Shown here: positions 1 to 8,230 of the stretch, one piece after another
Layout: each line of letters starts with the position of its first letter
Position numbering within the stretch: the first letter of the stretch is position 1
Made by a program: the position numbers and the translations under genes
The notes under the pieces: generated by a model
Told to the model about the DNA's origin: nothing
Database searches by the model: none
The model's input: the letters and a program-made list of their open reading frames with translations, nothing else
NCBI RefSeq assembly: GCF_001564455.1
Contig: NZ_CP011391.1
Span: 330,001-362,000 of the forward strand
Length of the DNA stretch: 32,000 nucleotides
Source of the DNA: Faecalibaculum rodentium
GTDB lineage: Bacteria > Bacillota_I > Bacilli_A > Erysipelotrichales > Erysipelotrichaceae
Direction of reading: 5' to 3'

Positions 1-212
1 AGCTTGTCTTTCGTCAGACGGCCGGCTGTGGTCCGCAGCCGCAGCATGTGGTGCTGGCCGTCACGCTGGGCATAGCTGCCATATTTGCCGGAGAAACCCT
101 TGTAGTCCTTTTTGGACAGCTCTCCGGCATGAAACGCTTCAGTTTTTTCCCTGAAGAGGGGAATCGTGTCCCGGAACACGGCGGGATTCAACGGAGCGAA
201 TTTGTCATCCAT
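1..212 (-). CDS. nitrite/sulfite reductase family protein, N-terminal fragment (gene runs off the window start)
   Basis: Not in the ORF track because it is truncated. Minus-strand ATG at 212-210 lies 8 nt after AAGGAGG (225-219). My translation is MDDKFAPLNPAVFRDTIPLFREKTEAFHAGELSKKDYKGFSGKYGSYAQRDGQHHMLRLRTTAGRLTKDKL. The K-x-FSG-x-YG-x-Y-x-QR...MLR-x-R pattern is what I associate with N-termini of 4Fe-4S/siroheme nitrite/sulfite reductase-like proteins. Confidence 0.5.
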   Translation of the reverse strand, partial: MDDKFAPLNPAVFRDTIPLFREKTEAFHAGELSKKDYKGFSGKYGSYAQRDGQHHMLRLRTTAGRLTKDK

Positions 213-478
213 ATAAAGCCTCCTTGCCAACTGGCATACATCCTCATTTTAGCACCAGGCTCTGCTGCAGAGAAAAGCGACGCTGCAGGCGGAGACTGTA
301 AGCGCAGCTCTTGTCCCGCGATTCATGCCGATGCTGTGGATCCGGTCCGGAATCCGGCACAAAGTGATGGCACAAACCGCCGGAAGCAGGATGGGAAGCG
401 AAGGGTGGAACAGGAGCATCCCAGTCGAGTTTGCCGGGGTCATTTACTATACTGAAACCATCAAGGAGGTATCTGACC

Positions 479-739
479 ATGGCAGACGAATTCAGAAAAA
501 TGGAGAACAATATCCTCGAAAAGGAACTGCGTCACGATGAAAACAAGATCGACGCCAAGCGCGGCGACATTGCCGATCACGAAGCACAGATCGACAAGGA
601 TAAGACGAAGTTCATGAAGGATATTCACAAGGAAGAAATCAAGCATGACGAGCGCGTGATGGCCCGCAAGGAAAACGATGCAGAGCGTCACGAAGAGAAG
701 ATCAAGGAAAACGAACAGATCATTCACGGCATCAAGTAA
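479..739 (+). CDS. small highly charged K/E/D/H-rich protein (86 aa), unknown function
   Basis: ATG at 479 lies 9 nt after AAGGAGG. It is internal to the 431..739 ORF and is followed by a strong terminator. Product MADEFRKMENNILEKELRHDENKID... has no hydrophobic segment and recurring HDE/HEE motifs. Confidence 0.6.
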   Translation: MADEFRKMENNILEKELRHDENKIDAKRGDIADHEAQIDKDKTKFMKDIHKEEIKHDERVMARKENDAERHEEKIKENEQIIHGIK

Positions 740-753
740 ACCGGATGAAGCAG

Positions 754-788
754 ACCGCAGGACCTGGATTTCAGGACTGCGGTTTTTA
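754..788 (+). terminator. rho-independent terminator of the small charged-protein gene
   Basis: Outer stem ACCGCAG (754-760) pairs with CTGCGGT (777-783). Inner stem CCTG/CAGG. Followed by T5 (783-787). Confidence 0.8.
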
Positions 789-894
789 ATTTGAAAACAA
801 TCTTGCGTTCAAAGCTGACAATTGCCAGAGCCACTAAGCATCTACTGTATTAAAAGGCATAGTACCCCCTTTCCCCCAAAAATCGCTTATAAAT

Positions 895-2247
895 TCAGGC
901 TGTTATGTATTCTCCTGTGATCGAATCATAACTGTTACCCGCATCATCTTTGATCTCAGAATCATCAAACCCTTTTGCTATCGTTTTGAGGATCTGATGC
1001 TCTGTCATCCCCATCGCCTTCAGTGTGCTGACTGTCTTATTCAGTTTCCTGGACTCCTTTTGGACTGAGAGACCTCTTGGTACAAAACAGTCATCACAGT
1101 CTTTGGGATGCCATTCCTTCATGTCCGAAAACATGTGGAAGATCGATACGATCACTTTTCGGGCGATCGCGACGATCGCTCTTTTCTTCCCCAGACGCAA
1201 ACTCAGGATCTCAAATTTACAGCGGTAATATGGATTCTTGGATCTGACAGCTGCCCATGCCACTTCAATCAGAACAGGTTTAAGGTGCTTGCCCCCCTTG
1301 GTGATGTGACGGGAATGGATCTTTCCTGCTGATTCGTCACTTCCTGGTGCCAGACCTGCCCATTTGGCTACACGTGAATCCTTCCCAAACTGATCCATCT
1401 CCGTTCCAAGCTCAGCGATGATCTTTCGGGCACTTATTTCACTGACTCCAGGTATCGTCATCAGTAAATCGATAGGCTCCTTATGATCTTCACAAGCCTC
1501 TGCTATGAGCTGGTCCAGTTTTTCTATCTCTTTCGTCAGTTCATCTATATGGTCCCGGATGATCTTCAGTTTCTCTCTCTGGAATTTATCGAATTCGAGT
1601 CCGTGGCAGGCCCGGAGGATATCTTCCTGTGAAGCTTTGCACCGCTTCGACACACATTTCAAAATATCTTCATCTGTATATGATTCTCCTGATAAGATAA
1701 GATCGATGATACGGGATGCCGATATTCCCCGGACATTGGAGAAAACCATGTCCAGTTTGTAGTTGTTGACAGTGAGACAATTGATCAGACGGTTATGGTC
1801 CGAAGCCCGCTGTTGCACATACTTTTGTCGAAGACGTGTAAGCTCTCTGAGAGTGCGGATCTGTTTGCTCGGGATATAACTGGATTTTGTCATCCCGTTT
1901 CGATACAGATCACAGATACGTGCGGCATCCTTGTTGTCATCTTTCTCGCCTTTCACCAGAGACAGCCATTTAGGGTTACAGACCCGCACTTCATCCATGG
2001 CTGTCTCAAGGACGTTATAGACCGGTATCCAGTATTTTCCGGTCGATTCCATGCAGACATGATGGCAGTCATTCTGCAGGAGCCAGTCCCGCAGGTCTTC
2101 CAGATCTGCACGAAAGGTCGAGAACCTTTTTTTTACCGTATTGACCGTTCCCTGATCGCTGGTGCTTTTGATCACAGCGACGACAAAGGATTTATGGACA
2201 TCAAGTCCACCGGCAACCGGAATAACAGTTTGAGCTACATGGTTCAC
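895..2247 (-). CDS. IS110-family transposase (DEDD N-terminal domain plus Transposase_20-type C-terminal domain)
   Basis: Motifs GGLDVHK, MESTGKYWIPVYNVLE and LMTIPGVSEISARKIIAELG...FGKDSRVAKWAGLAPGSDESAGK. I place the start at GTG 2247, 7 nt after AGGAG, rather than at the track start 2334. Confidence 0.9.
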   Translation of the reverse strand: MNHVAQTVIPVAGGLDVHKSFVVAVIKSTSDQGTVNTVKKRFSTFRADLEDLRDWLLQNDCHHVCMESTGKYWIPVYNVLETAMDEVRVCNPKWLSLVKGEKDDNKDAARICDLYRNGMTKSSYIPSKQIRTLRELTRLRQKYVQQRASDHNRLINCLTVNNYKLDMVFSNVRGISASRIIDLILSGESYTDEDILKCVSKRCKASQEDILRACHGLEFDKFQREKLKIIRDHIDELTKEIEKLDQLIAEACEDHKEPIDLLMTIPGVSEISARKIIAELGTEMDQFGKDSRVAKWAGLAPGSDESAGKIHSRHITKGGKHLKPVLIEVAWAAVRSKNPYYRCKFEILSLRLGKKRAIVAIARKVIVSIFHMFSDMKEWHPKDCDDCFVPRGLSVQKESRKLNKTVSTLKAMGMTEHQILKTIAKGFDDSEIKDDAGNSYDSITGEYITA

Positions 2248-2510
2248 GGGTGTTCTCCTTTCTGAAAAAAGTAAGGGAGCCTTGTCAGGGATGGAGCGAA
2301 CTGAAGACATCACTGTCATGAAGACAGATTGCACTTTAATTTACAGCCTCACGGGACTTATGGCAGGTTCGTGGGCATCCCTGTTTTGCAGTTTCTTTCT
2401 CTGCTTTAAATCTTTGCAGATAGTCTGTAATTAAAACCGGCGCAATAAAGGCTTCCCTTAAATACATCATAGAGGGAAGCCTTTCAAATGTTATTTCTGT
2501 TTTCATCCAT
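2248..2510 (-). ncRNA. candidate IS110 5' non-coding RNA region (bridge-RNA-type); extent and ends unknown
   Basis: About 260 nt non-coding upstream of the transposase. Read on the minus strand there is a promoter-like TTGAAA (2487-2482), 17 nt spacer, TATTTA (2464-2459). A perfect 9-bp hairpin GGCTTCCCT/AGGGAAGCC lies at 2450-2481, with several shorter stems downstream. Position matches where IS110-group elements encode their guide RNA; the fold was not verified. Confidence 0.3.
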
Positions 2511-2641
2511 GGCAGGTGGCTGACTCAGCCATGAAGTTTCTTTGCACATTTGTCTGCCAGAAAATCAGAAAAAGTCAATTTGATACCGCTTTCAGGGTTG
2601 TGATACAGTACAGTGGACAGAAAACAAGGAGAATTGTGAAT

Positions 2642-3439
2642 ATGGAACGACTCAAAGACAAAGTGGCCATTGTCACGGGATCCACCAGCGGCATCGGCAT
2701 TGCCATTGCAAGGCTGTACGCTGCCGAAGGCGCAAAGGTGATCATCTGCGGACGCCGCCAGGAACGGGGAGAAGCCGTGGTCCAGGAGATTCGGGATGCC
2801 GGTGGACAGGCAGCCTATCACTTCATGGACCTCATGGATACAAAGTCCATCGAAGCGCTGATGAAAGACACCGCCCGGGACTACGGCCGGATCGATATCC
2901 TGGTCAACAACGCCGCCAACGCCAGCCCGAAGGACGGCCAGGTGGAGGAAGTCACGCTGGAGCAGTGGGATGAGGTGTTTGACAGCAACCTGCGCGGCAC
3001 GTTCTGGGCCGTCAAGTGCGCCCTGCCGTTCATGAAGGAACATGGCGGATCCATTGTCAACATCGGATCCATGGCGGCCTGCGGCGGTGACCTGCAGGGA
3101 ACGGCCTATGCCGCTTCCAAAGCCGGCGTGGATATGCTGACAAAGGACATCGCTCTGCAGTATGGAAAGAACAACATCCGCTGCAACTGCGTGCGCCCGG
3201 GTCTGATTGTCACACCGCAGAACGAACCCCGGATCCCGGATGTCCTGAAGAAGATCTATCTGAGCAACATCTGCGTGACCAGATACGGCCGTCCGGAGGA
3301 CATCGGGCACCTGTGTGTGTACCTGGGAAGCGACGAGAGCTATTATATGACAGGGCAGATCCTGACCGTGGATGGCGGCCTCAACACGCACTCTCCCACG
3401 GTGGCACAGTTCCGGGAACTGAATTCCAGGACCTGGTAG
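2642..3439 (+). CDS. short-chain dehydrogenase/reductase (SDR) family oxidoreductase
   Basis: ATG 2642 after AAGGAG. Motifs TGSTSGIGIAIA (NAD(P)-binding), NNAA and catalytic YAASKAG. The upstream part of the 2516..3439 ORF is discarded. Confidence 0.9.
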   Translation: MERLKDKVAIVTGSTSGIGIAIARLYAAEGAKVIICGRRQERGEAVVQEIRDAGGQAAYHFMDLMDTKSIEALMKDTARDYGRIDILVNNAANASPKDGQVEEVTLEQWDEVFDSNLRGTFWAVKCALPFMKEHGGSIVNIGSMAACGGDLQGTAYAASKAGVDMLTKDIALQYGKNNIRCNCVRPGLIVTPQNEPRIPDVLKKIYLSNICVTRYGRPEDIGHLCVYLGSDESYYMTGQILTVDGGLNTHSPTVAQFRELNSRTW

Positions 3440-3543
3440 CCATCATCCATTCAGCAGAGGACAGACCGGCTGTTCAGGGCTTTCAAGAGCCCGGCAGCCG
3501 GTTTTTCTCCTGTTTGTCCGGGATGAAAGACGGCAAAAGAAAA

Positions 3544-3590
3544 ACGGAAGTCCGTACCCGGTTTCAGGATGGACTTCCGTATGGTTTTTT
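3544..3590. terminator. bidirectional rho-independent terminator between the convergent SDR and transketolase genes
   Basis: 10-bp stem ACGGAAGTCC (3544-3553) / GGACTTCCGT (3571-3580). T-run downstream on the plus strand (3584-3590) and A-rich stretch upstream (read as a T-run on the minus strand). Confidence 0.75.
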
Positions 3591-3592
3591 GA

Positions 3593-4540
3593 TTATTTCT
3601 GTTTTTCCAGGAACCTGCGGGTTTCCTTCGCAATGCCTTCGGCATCCAGCCCGAATTCATGCAGCAGCACCGCTGCCGGACCCGAGTGGCCGAATACATC
3701 CCGCACACCGATGCGGTGCAGTCTGGCCGGTGCCTCTTCCGCCAGCACGGAAGCCACGGCTTCACCCAGACCGCCAATGATGGAGTGCTCTTCCACCGTG
3801 ACGATGTGGCCGGTTTCCTGTGCGGCTTTGATCACGGCCTCTTTGTCCAGGGGCTTGATCGTGGCCATGTTCAGGACACGTGCCGAAATGCCTTCTTCTG
3901 CCAGGGACTTTGCGGCTTCCATGGCTTCGGGCACCACGATGCCGGTGGCAATCAGCGTCACGTCCGTGCCGTCCTGCAGCATTTCCGCCTGGCCGATCCG
4001 GAAATCGAAGTCTTCATCGTGAATGATCGGGGTGGCAGCCCGTCCGAACCGGATGTAGACCGGTCCGTTCAGCTCGTAGGCAGCCTTGACCATTTTCTGT
4101 GCTTCCACGAAATCGGAAGGACACATCACAGTCATGCCGGGAATCACGCGCATCAGCGCAAAGTCCTCGTTCATCTGGTGACTGGCACCGTCTTCACCGA
4201 CGGAGATCCCGCCATGGGAGGCACACACCTTCACGTTCAGTCCCGGATAGCCGATGGAGTTGCGGACCATGTCATAGGCACGGCCTGCGGCAAACATCGC
4301 AAAGGAGCTGGCGAAGGGCACAAAGCCCAGGGTGGAGAGGCCGGCGGCCACGTCCATCATATTGGCTTCGGCAATGCCGCACTCGATGAAGCGGTCGGGA
4401 TAGGCGTCCCGGAACATGGAAGTCTTTGTGGCCCCTGCCAGGTCGGCATCCAGGACCACGATCTCCGGGTGCAGGGCACCGAGTTCCACCAGGGCCTGGC
4501 CGTAGCCTTCCCGGGTCGCGATTTTCTTTACATCACTCAT
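3593..4540 (-). CDS. transketolase, C-terminal (pyrimidine-binding) subunit
   Basis: 315 aa: MSDVKKIATREGYGQALVELG..., FIECGIAEANMM, typical of split transketolase subunit B. Start overlaps the upstream subunit stop by 4 nt. Confidence 0.9.
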   Translation of the reverse strand: MSDVKKIATREGYGQALVELGALHPEIVVLDADLAGATKTSMFRDAYPDRFIECGIAEANMMDVAAGLSTLGFVPFASSFAMFAAGRAYDMVRNSIGYPGLNVKVCASHGGISVGEDGASHQMNEDFALMRVIPGMTVMCPSDFVEAQKMVKAAYELNGPVYIRFGRAATPIIHDEDFDFRIGQAEMLQDGTDVTLIATGIVVPEAMEAAKSLAEEGISARVLNMATIKPLDKEAVIKAAQETGHIVTVEEHSIIGGLGEAVASVLAEEAPARLHRIGVRDVFGHSGPAAVLLHEFGLDAEGIAKETRRFLEKQK

Positions 4541-5400
4541 GCCTGCACTCCTTCCGCTTCCAGCGCTTCCCTGGCTGCTGCCAGTTCCGCCATGCCCAGG
4601 GCATATTCGTCTGCGTTCGGGCCCTTGCCGTGCCAGCCGCAGGCGTCTTCCATATAGGACACGCCCTTGCCCTTGAGGGTGTTCATGAGGATCACCGTCG
4701 GACGGCCGTGGCCCCTGTTTTCGTTGAACCGGCCAAATGCCTGCTCCAGCTGGTGGAAGTCATGGCCGTCAATGACGGTGACATCCGCGCCGAAGGCCTC
4801 GAATTTTTTGTCAATGGGCTGCGCGTTCATGACCTCGCTGCAGCGGCCGTCGATCTGCAGGCCGTTGATGTCCACGATCATGCACAGGTTGTCCAGCTTG
4901 TAGTGGCCGGCAAACATCGCGGCTTCCCAGATCTGGCCTTCCTCGATCTCGCCATCGCCCATGAGGGTGTAGACCGCAAAATCCTTTCCGAGCATCTTGG
5001 CGCCCTTGGCCATGCCGCAGGCGACGGAACAGCCCTGTCCCAGGGATCCGGTAGACATATCCACGCCCGGGACGGAGTTCATGTTCGGGTGGCCCTGGAG
5101 ATAGCTTCCGCTGTGACGGAATGTTTTCAGGTCTTCAAAAGGAAAGAAGCCCTTCAGAGCCAGTGCCGAATAGTAGCCGGGGGTCACGTGGCCCTTGGAC
5201 AGCACAAACCGGTCCCTGTTTTCCTTCAGCGGATCGGCCGGATCGGCATCAAGCACTTCATCATAGAGATATGTGAACAGATCTGCAGCCGAGAGACTGC
5301 CTCCGGGATGACCGGACTTTGCACCATGGGTACTGGTCAGGATTCCTTCCCGCACCCTGATGGCGTCAAGCTTCAGCTGATGTTCTCTTTCAGGTGTCAT
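4537..5400 (-). CDS. transketolase, N-terminal (TPP-binding) subunit
   Basis: Motifs SGHPGGSLSAADL and GDGEIEEGQIWEA. I prefer ATG 5400 (MTPEREH...) to the TTG at 5433 used by the track. Confidence 0.9.
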   Translation of the reverse strand: MTPEREHQLKLDAIRVREGILTSTHGAKSGHPGGSLSAADLFTYLYDEVLDADPADPLKENRDRFVLSKGHVTPGYYSALALKGFFPFEDLKTFRHSGSYLQGHPNMNSVPGVDMSTGSLGQGCSVACGMAKGAKMLGKDFAVYTLMGDGEIEEGQIWEAAMFAGHYKLDNLCMIVDINGLQIDGRCSEVMNAQPIDKKFEAFGADVTVIDGHDFHQLEQAFGRFNENRGHGRPTVILMNTLKGKGVSYMEDACGWHGKGPNADEYALGMAELAAAREALEAEGVQA

Positions 5401-5436
5401 CTTTTTATTTGTATCCTTCCGTTTATGAACCAAATT

Positions 5437-6096
5437 CTAACATGAACCGCAACCCTCTGGCATCACCTTCAGCAAAGCCGGAACCTGGAGCAGCTCATCC
5501 ACTGTTGTATCCGCTTCCACCAGTGAAAGGTTGGAGAACGGATCACGGAAACCGAAGACATACAGTCCCGCACCCTTAGCGGCCTGTACCCCATAGAAGC
5601 TGTCTTCCACAGCTGCGGCATCCGCTGCAGGGACTCCGAGTTTTTCGAGAGCCAGGCGGTAGATCGCCGGGTCGGGTTTGGTCTTCGGCAGGTCATGACC
5701 GGAGACCACGACGTCAAACATATTCTCCAGGCCGCATTCACGGATCATCTGTTCAATGAACCGCATGGGCGAGGAACTGGCAATGGCCACTTTGTATCCC
5801 GCATCCCGCAGGATCTGCAGAGTCTTCTTCAGACCGGGCCTTGCCTGATCGGCGTAGTTTACGGGGTGAGCTGCCATCCATTTGTCTTTCATTCTCGCCG
5901 CGGTATAGGCATCCACGCCGAGTTTTTCCTGGATGAATTCATCTTCCTGTTCCATGGAACAGCCAGTCAGCACCCGGATCTCCTCTTTCGATACATCCAC
6001 ACCGCAGTCGAGCAGCATGTCCCTGAACTGTGTCTGGAACCAGGATTCTGTATCCACCAGGACACCGTCCATATCGAAGATAATCGCTTTTGTCAT
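5437..6096 (-). CDS. HAD-superfamily hydrolase (beta-phosphoglucomutase/sugar-phosphatase-like)
   Basis: N-terminal IIFDMDGVLVDTE (DxDG nucleophile motif) and a later ED/GxxAA motif. SD GGAGG lies 6 nt upstream. Gene is 36 nt upstream of the transketolase genes on the same strand. Confidence 0.85.
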   Translation of the reverse strand: MTKAIIFDMDGVLVDTESWFQTQFRDMLLDCGVDVSKEEIRVLTGCSMEQEDEFIQEKLGVDAYTAARMKDKWMAAHPVNYADQARPGLKKTLQILRDAGYKVAIASSSPMRFIEQMIRECGLENMFDVVVSGHDLPKTKPDPAIYRLALEKLGVPAADAAAVEDSFYGVQAAKGAGLYVFGFRDPFSNLSLVEADTTVDELLQVPALLKVMPEGCGSC

Positions 6097-6114
6097 AACA
6101 ATCCTCCACTAGTC

Positions 6115-6120
6115 ATTATA
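6115..6120 (-). promoter_or_regulatory. -10 hexamer TATAAT candidate for the HAD-transketolase operon
   Basis: Perfect TATAAT on the minus strand about 19 nt upstream of the HAD ATG. No convincing -35. Confidence 0.35.
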
Positions 6121-6400
6121 GACCAAAATGCCTCAGTGGCCGGCTGCACTCACCGCAAAGAGACAAAACAGGGAATAGGTCGCGCAGGCGAGTTCTTTCA
6201 CAACCGGGCAGCCAGCTTCCTGGTCCGCTGCTGGCCGGGCGGAAACCCGCTGCCGGAGGGCGAATGTGTGGATGTGGTGGTGGAAGTGATCACCGGTTTT
6301 TCTGTCAGCAAATGCTTTCGACAGTTTCCCGGTTCTGTCAGTTCCCAATTGGCATGAAAACCCTTACGGTAGTTCTGAACCATAACAGGAGGACTCTACT

Positions 6401-7300
6401 ATGAACAAAGTGACTGTGATCGGCGGCGGTGTGCTGGGATCCCAGATTGCCCTGGTCTGTGCATATCACGGCCTCGATACCTGGATCTGGCTGCGTTCCC
6501 CTGCCAGCATTGACCGCGCAAAGCCGAAGCTGAAGAAAGCCTTTGAGGAAATCATGGCAGATATCGAGCGTGCCGATGGAGATCCCGCCCGTCTGCCGGC
6601 CGGACTGCAGGAACCGGACATCACGACAAAGAAGGCAAAGGAAAAGGCGCGAAGAGCCCTGGAATCCGTTCATCTGGAGCTGAATCTGGAAAAAGCACTG
6701 GCGGGCGCGGATATTGTCATTGAATCCATGTCCGAGGACCCGAAGGCCAAGGCTGAGATGTATGCGGCCATGGCACCGCTGCTGACGAAGGACCAGATTC
6801 TGGTCACGAATTCCAGCACCCTGCTGCCGTCCATGTTTGCGGACATGACCGGATGTCCGGAACGGTATCTGGCGCTGCATTTTGCGAACCACATCTGGCG
6901 CAACAACCTGACGGAAGTCATGGCGCAGCCGAAGACCGATCCGGAGGTATTCGATGAAGTGATGACATTTGCCCGATCCATTTCCATGGATCCGGTGGCT
7001 GTGCGCAAGGAGCGCAGCGGGTATCTGCTGAATTCCATGCTGGTTCCGTTCCTGTTTTCCGCCATGGACCTGCTGGTGACGGGTACCGGAGATGTGAAAG
7101 ACATTGACAAAGCATGGGTGAAAGGTGCCGGCGCTCCCTATGGTCCGTTCCGGATGCTGGACACCATCGGTCTGGAGACGGCCCGGAATATCGCGCATAA
7201 TTTTGCGGCGATTCCGGAGGAGATGGCACCGTTCCATTACAGGGACATCGAACGGATGCTGACGGAGAAAATCGACCGGAAAGAAAAATTCTGCGATTGA
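6401..7300 (+). CDS. 3-hydroxyacyl-CoA dehydrogenase family oxidoreductase (3HCDH N and C domains)
   Basis: VTVIGGGVLGSQIA (GxGxxG), IESMSEDPKAK, LHFANH and SGYLLNS patterns. SD AGGAGG lies 9 nt upstream. Confidence 0.85.
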   Translation: MNKVTVIGGGVLGSQIALVCAYHGLDTWIWLRSPASIDRAKPKLKKAFEEIMADIERADGDPARLPAGLQEPDITTKKAKEKARRALESVHLELNLEKALAGADIVIESMSEDPKAKAEMYAAMAPLLTKDQILVTNSSTLLPSMFADMTGCPERYLALHFANHIWRNNLTEVMAQPKTDPEVFDEVMTFARSISMDPVAVRKERSGYLLNSMLVPFLFSAMDLLVTGTGDVKDIDKAWVKGAGAPYGPFRMLDTIGLETARNIAHNFAAIPEEMAPFHYRDIERMLTEKIDRKEKFCD

Positions 7301-7370
7301 TGGCGTCCAGTGAGACTGGCTGCAGGCTGGCGGGATTTTCGGTTTTGCCGCCTGCCATCAGACAAACAGG

Positions 7371-7910
7371 TTGACAGCCTCCAGTCTGACCGATCCGGCA
7401 GCTCTCAATACAGTACAAATGCTGGAAACGGTGTCTCTGAAAACAGCCGAAGCTTTTCCGGACGGGTTCACCATCCGGAAGAAAACGGTATGGCCCGGTC
7501 TTGAGCAGCGGAGCTGCATCTGGTCCTGCCAGGAGATCCCTGTCACAGTCGGCATCATTCAGTATGCAGATGGCGGACAGATGCATCTGAGTCTGCAGCA
7601 GAATGCTGAGGAATGGTTCATCACGGATTTCTTTGAAGGAACCTCCAGGGGATATGGGCAACAAGAAGTTCCGGCCAGAATCATCCTGGAAGAACTGAGC
7701 CTGGATGGATTTGGCATTCTGGCCAGGTATCCGGATCTGTTTTCCATCGAATGCCAGACTAAGAACAATGCGCTGCGCCGGGTGTGGCAGCCGGTGAACG
7801 AACAGGCACTTCTGGAGACAATATCCGGGAACCGGCAGTTTGCCAAACTGCGCAATCTGTATTTCAGTCAGTTTGTGCAGACCGTCATGGCATCCCCCGA
7901 TGCCGTCTGA
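7371..7910 (+). CDS. hypothetical protein; start uncertain (TTG 7371 or ATG 7419)
   Basis: Codon usage looks like neighbouring genes (CTG, CGG, ATC rich). No recognisable motif and no good SD at either start. Confidence 0.45.
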   Translation: MTASSLTDPAALNTVQMLETVSLKTAEAFPDGFTIRKKTVWPGLEQRSCIWSCQEIPVTVGIIQYADGGQMHLSLQQNAEEWFITDFFEGTSRGYGQQEVPARIILEELSLDGFGILARYPDLFSIECQTKNNALRRVWQPVNEQALLETISGNRQFAKLRNLYFSQFVQTVMASPDAV

Positions 7911-8013
7911 TTTGTGGCAGGATACGGATCAGATGGTGGAGTGACCGTCTGACCTGCCGTGCGGCTGACCGGAAGTGATCCTTCCGGATGCAGCTCAAAT
8001 TCTGCCTGAATGT

Positions 8014-8042
8014 TTGACACAGACCCGTTTGGGTGGTATAAC
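8014..8042 (+). promoter_or_regulatory. sigma-A type promoter of the tRNA-Pro gene
   Basis: TTGACA (8014-8019), 17 nt spacer containing TG (8034-8035), TATAAC (8037-8042). The tRNA starts 15 nt downstream. Confidence 0.7.
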
Positions 8043-8056
8043 TAACAGGCAGATAT

Positions 8057-8133
8057 CGGGACGTAGCACAGCTTGGTAGTGCACTTGCATGGGGTGCAAG
8101 GGGTCGCAGGTTCAAATCCTGTCGTCCCGACCA
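8057..8133 (+). tRNA. tRNA-Pro (anticodon GGG), CCA encoded
   Basis: Hand-folded cloverleaf. Acceptor stem CGGGACG/CGTCCCG; D arm GCAC/GTGC; anticodon stem CTTGC/GCAAG with loop ATGGGGT; T arm GCAGG-TTCAAAT-CCTGT; discriminator A plus CCA. Confidence 0.9.
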
Positions 8134-8145
8134 TTTGCAAAATCA

Positions 8146-8169
8146 GGAGACTCCGGTCTCCTTTTTTTT
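8146..8169 (+). terminator. rho-independent terminator of the tRNA-Pro gene
   Basis: GGAGAC-TCCG-GTCTCC followed by T8. Confidence 0.85.
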
Positions 8170-8230
8170 CATATTCCGCCGGATTCTGCGGCAGCCGCGG
8201 ATTCGGGAACGGCACGGAAAGGAGGCATTC

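Larger units (their letters stand above)
790..2510 (-). mobile_element. IS110-family insertion sequence (both ends approximate)
   Basis: AT-richer block between the 754-788 terminator and the SDR promoter region. Single DEDD-type transposase gene. About 100 nt of 3' and about 260 nt of 5' non-coding sequence with no terminal inverted repeats seen, as expected for IS110 elements. Confidence 0.7.

Noticed and set aside
213-440. Possible S-box/SAM riboswitch upstream of the sulfite-reductase-like gene (GGTGCTAAAA resembles part of the S-box core)
   Set aside because: The other invariant S-box elements (GGAGGGA...GGCCC, the AGAGA/ATGAG closing helix) are absent. Only a palindromic CTGCAG...CTGCAG stem is present.
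2599-2609. Identical 11-mer TGTGATACAGT upstream of the SDR gene and, on the minus strand at 24069-24079, upstream of the kinase-like gene
   Set aside because: Hundreds of identical 11-mer pairs are expected by chance in 2 x 32 kb. Both copies are adequately explained as extended -10 promoter elements rather than a shared operator.
2525-3391. 288-aa ORF antisense to the SDR gene
   Set aside because: Shadow ORF in GC-rich DNA. The composition is Arg/Ala/Gly/His-rich, there is no SD, and the opposite strand carries clear SDR motifs.
3659-5445. 332-aa and 339-aa plus-strand ORFs (3659..4657 and 4426..5445) across the transketolase genes
   Set aside because: Both are antisense to unmistakable transketolase subunits. 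Their products are low-complexity and G/H/R/A-rich, and no SD is present.
6302-6341. CTGTCAG/CTGTC as a window-wide regulatory motif (also near 17611, 20421-20466 and 21818)
   Set aside because: A 5- to 7-mer is expected several times by chance. I kept only the local repeat arrangements as low-interest observations and do not claim a regulon.
6133-6348. 71-aa minus-strand ORF with a His-rich stretch (DHFHHHIHTF) in the GC-rich divergent intergenic region
   Set aside because: It has a TTG start without an SD and no recognisable family. It overlaps another equally unconvincing ORF. It is noted only as a possible gene remnant.
6338-7237. 299-aa minus-strand ORF opposite the 3-hydroxyacyl-CoA dehydrogenase-like gene
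   Set aside because: Antisense shadow. The plus-strand product has GxGxxG and 3HCDH motifs plus a strong SD.
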